In this document: positions 46,131 through 48,773 of the stretch, piece by piece
Position numbering within the stretch: position 1 is the stretch's first letter
Layout: every line of letters begins with the position of its first letter
Origin: Promethearchaeota archaeon
GTDB taxonomy: Archaea > Asgardarchaeota > Lokiarchaeia > Sigyniarchaeales > SOKP01
NCBI GenBank assembly: GCA_016839745.1
Contig: JAEOTS010000026.1
Span: 1-48,773 of the forward strand
Length of the DNA: 48,773 nucleotides
Direction: 5' to 3'
Translations under genes and position numbers: made by a program
The notes under the pieces: model-generated
What the model was told of the DNA's origin: nothing
Database searches by the model: none
Seen by the model: the letters and a program-made list of their open reading frames with translations, nothing else

Positions 46131-48338
46131 TCAAGATTTCAATTCATAAATTAAAATTTCATCAATTTGATTCAAAATTTGAGCTAAATTTTTGTTAAGA
46201 AGTGCTTGTATTTTAATTTTAGATACATTATTACTATTTTTTTTAAGTAATTCAAGAGTAAGAGATTCTGATATATAATGAGCTTTTTTAGCCAAATCAG
46301 CCAAGTTCAAATGATTTTTGTTAGTATCATCAAATAATTTTATAGGAATTTCAAAAGGAATTTTAAAGATATGCCGAGAGCTTTTTTTTATTTGAACTTG
46401 AGCAGTTAGTAACGGTGAGTTTAATATTGCTGACAAGTAATATGCTTCTTTAATGTTATCAGTTGAAAAAAAACTTAAATCCCCTGTTATTAGGTAATCC
46501 CCTTGAACCACTGCAGAATTAACCGTTGATCCTGAGTTATTATATACTACTTTTATTTTAGAGATTTGTCTATTGTTTATCAATTTAGACCACCTGTTCA
46601 AGTTATCCATTAAAGAATTGTTTTTAGTTGATTCTTTTTTATAATCTAAGTAGATTTTATTTATTTTATCGTAGAAATTCTTAGCGTTTATTTTTAAAGT
46701 ATGATAATCAAAAAACAAATCTTCGCCTCTTAACGGTAAGAAGACATGATAAAAATCATATACATAAAATTTAACCAATTCTGTGCTTTTGATAACCTTA
46801 AAGAGATACTCTCCTTCAATTATCTCGTTCATAAATAATTTCTCATTCCAAGGTTCTTTAGCTCTCTTAAAAATCCTTATATCAGGGTTAATTTCCACAA
46901 GAGATTTATTAAGTTCTTTGAATTTTACAAATATTAAGTTCCGTGGGTTTAGGTCAGCCCCCTTATGGAATAATTTTTTATATTTACTTGTTTTGATTGG
47001 TATGAGTTTTTCATATTCTTCACTGGTGATTAATTTATTAGTATATGTTTTATCTGCCCTAGTCTCTATGGCATAAGGTAACATAGTTTCAGTTTTTTCC
47101 AAAATCAAATTTACTGGATCAAAATAATTCAGTTTTCTTCCATTTTTATTTATTGAAAAGAGAAAGAGAGGAATTTTTAAATTAGAATTTTGATCATTAT
47201 CAGCAGATTTCTGAGCAAAGATACAAATAAAATCAATGTTGAATATCCCAGTAATTTCCCGCGTGAATGCCCATAGCTTAATGTTATGAAAGCCTTTAAA
47301 ATTGCGAAAACGAGCTGCGTGAGACCCGGTTATTACACCTTGAGTTATTACAAAAAATATTTTTCCATCTTTTTTCATGTGTGTTAAATTAGCCTTATAG
47401 AAAAACAGAGATGCTATTTCTATATTCAACACATTTTTAGGAAGAGGTTTTATCTCCAAGAGTGCAGATAAATTTTTTACTTTTTCTTGGTAATTCAGAG
47501 AGTCTATATCCCGTAAAGTAAACCAAGGCGGATTCCCAATAATCAAATCAAAATCTTCCTTAGAAAAGTTTTCTTCTTGGAATAAAAAATCAGCTCTTTT
47601 GAAATTTGGGTTAATTTCAGTAAATTCCTGCTTTAATAAAAAGAGTAAATTGATTTTTGTTAAGTAGACTGAAATTGGATTTATATCGCAGCCATACACA
47701 TTTTTTACTGCTCCAATTTTGTCTTTATCGGTATTATTAGAGCTTAAGATCTTTTTAATAATTTCAATTAAGAAGTTTCCTGAACCACAGCAAGGATCAA
47801 GAACTTCATCACCGAAACTATAAGCTTCTTCTACCATTTTTTTAACTATAAATGGTGGAGTATAAAACTCTCCAGATTTATGCCTTATATGAGAGGATAG
47901 AAGGTTTTGAACTATTACATCAAAGATGTATTCCGGATTAATATTTAAGGAATTCATGCTGCTAATTGTAATTTCAACTAACTTTTGAAAAATTTTATGC
48001 TCTAATTCTTTTAAAGCGTCGAAAAACGGATTAAAATATGTAAGTTCGGTTGAAATTTCAATATTATACTTTTCCTTGACAATATCGTTCAATTCTGTAA
48101 TAATTTTAAACGAATATTGATCATGATTTAGAATGTATTTCGCGATAAAGAGCTTAGTTATAAAACAAATCAAGGAATTTATTGCAAATAAACGAAGATC
48201 AGTGCGTTTTTTACCATAGATTTTAACGAAATAATCGAACCACTCTTTATAATTATCAGATTGTTGGATACCCTTCTCTATTATAATATTTTCTATAATT
48301 TCTAATTCCTTTTCAAAGTTAGGTAAATCAACAGTCAT
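46131..48338 (-). CDS. N6-adenine (gamma-class) DNA methyltransferase with C-terminal TRD-like region
   Basis: GEFYTP, VLDPCCGSGNFL, YGCDINP, IIGNPPW, YYLSAILNS. Confidence 0.88.
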   Translation of the reverse strand: MTVDLPNFEKELEIIENIIIEKGIQQSDNYKEWFDYFVKIYGKKRTDLRLFAINSLICFITKLFIAKYILNHDQYSFKIITELNDIVKEKYNIEISTELTYFNPFFDALKELEHKIFQKLVEITISSMNSLNINPEYIFDVIVQNLLSSHIRHKSGEFYTPPFIVKKMVEEAYSFGDEVLDPCCGSGNFLIEIIKKILSSNNTDKDKIGAVKNVYGCDINPISVYLTKINLLFLLKQEFTEINPNFKRADFLFQEENFSKEDFDLIIGNPPWFTLRDIDSLNYQEKVKNLSALLEIKPLPKNVLNIEIASLFFYKANLTHMKKDGKIFFVITQGVITGSHAARFRNFKGFHNIKLWAFTREITGIFNIDFICIFAQKSADNDQNSNLKIPLFLFSINKNGRKLNYFDPVNLILEKTETMLPYAIETRADKTYTNKLITSEEYEKLIPIKTSKYKKLFHKGADLNPRNLIFVKFKELNKSLVEINPDIRIFKRAKEPWNEKLFMNEIIEGEYLFKVIKSTELVKFYVYDFYHVFLPLRGEDLFFDYHTLKINAKNFYDKINKIYLDYKKESTKNNSLMDNLNRWSKLINNRQISKIKVVYNNSGSTVNSAVVQGDYLITGDLSFFSTDNIKEAYYLSAILNSPLLTAQVQIKKSSRHIFKIPFEIPIKLFDDTNKNHLNLADLAKKAHYISESLTLELLKKNSNNVSKIKIQALLNKNLAQILNQIDEILIYELKS

Positions 48339-48495
48339 CTTTACAGCTATTAATGGACTAATAATTTAACTACGTTCATTAATCCGAGTTCTATTTTTTC
48401 TAGAATAATCAATGAATTAATATTTAAATATAAATTTACCACACTACCATTATTAAATTATCTGTTAAACGGATCAAAATAGATTAAGCGTTATT

Positions 48496-48773
48496 TTGAC
48501 ATCGACTGAAATAAAAGTATCAAAAGCCTTTGAGAATGGAATTGAGTTCTCTTGTCAGATGTGTGGTTCGTGCTGTCGAGGTTTTAACGACGGGGAAGTA
48601 TATCTATACCAAGATGATATTGTGCGACTGACGAAATCGCTAAACATAACGAAAAAATCGGAATTAAAAACATTCGCGAAAGAGTATCTAAAAGTAATAA
48701 ACGACTCTTTCTTTTGGAAAGAACCTGGAAAGGAACGGGGAAAAACGTATAGGTACAAAAGTCTTGGGTTTAA
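48496..48773 (+). CDS. YkgJ/CxxCxxCC-family Zn/Fe-chelating protein, N-terminal part, truncated by window edge
   Basis: TTG start; MTSTEIKVSKAFENGIEFSCQMCGSCCRGFNDGEVYLYQDDIVRL... open to the window end. Confidence 0.8.
   Translation, partial: MTSTEIKVSKAFENGIEFSCQMCGSCCRGFNDGEVYLYQDDIVRLTKSLNITKKSELKTFAKEYLKVINDSFFWKEPGKERGKTYRYKSLGF

Noticed and set aside
2973-47076. Short antisense or overlapping ORFs in the track (e.g. 2973-3206, 4534-4854, 16604-16930, 18584-19066, 36830-37075, 43726-44046, 45605-45892, 46783-47076)
   Set aside because: They lie within well-supported genes and have Ser/Ile/Phe-rich shadow composition with no motifs.
48555-48758. Minus-strand 67-aa ORF
   Set aside because: It is the shadow of the + strand CxxCxxCC gene starting at 48496.

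Overview
AT-rich archaeal chromosomal window, most likely from an Asgard archaeon (Lokiarchaeia-like). This is inferred from a Rab-like and an MglA-like small GTPase, a tandem roadblock protein, a longin/winged-helix protein, several Rpn11-like MPN/JAMM proteins, and archaeal housekeeping genes (iscS/iscU, DUF39-CBS plus NIL-ferredoxin homocysteine synthesis, hdrBC-like). No rRNA, tRNA, CRISPR array or transposase was recognised. The best candidate for an undescribed system is at about 8.2-19.6 kb. It has three MPN/JAMM proteins with long helical tails, two of which form a tightly coupled pair, one with the catalytic Glu and one with Glu->Gln, as in eukaryotic MPN+/MPN- heterodimers. These cluster with a double zinc-ribbon protein, an orphan AAA+-vWA (ChlI/ChlD-like) ATPase, an ATP-grasp ligase and winged-helix proteins. 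Other notable items: three genes that seem to start at AUU behind an SD-like GTTGAT; an NPRL2-like longin-WH gene near an MglA-like GTPase lacking its arginine finger; a SIR2-TPR giant; a Cys-rich domain shared by the CopA tail and the next small gene; a divergent beta-CASP protein splitting iscS-iscU; and two structured intergenic elements. All family assignments come from motif recognition by eye; no database searches were run.
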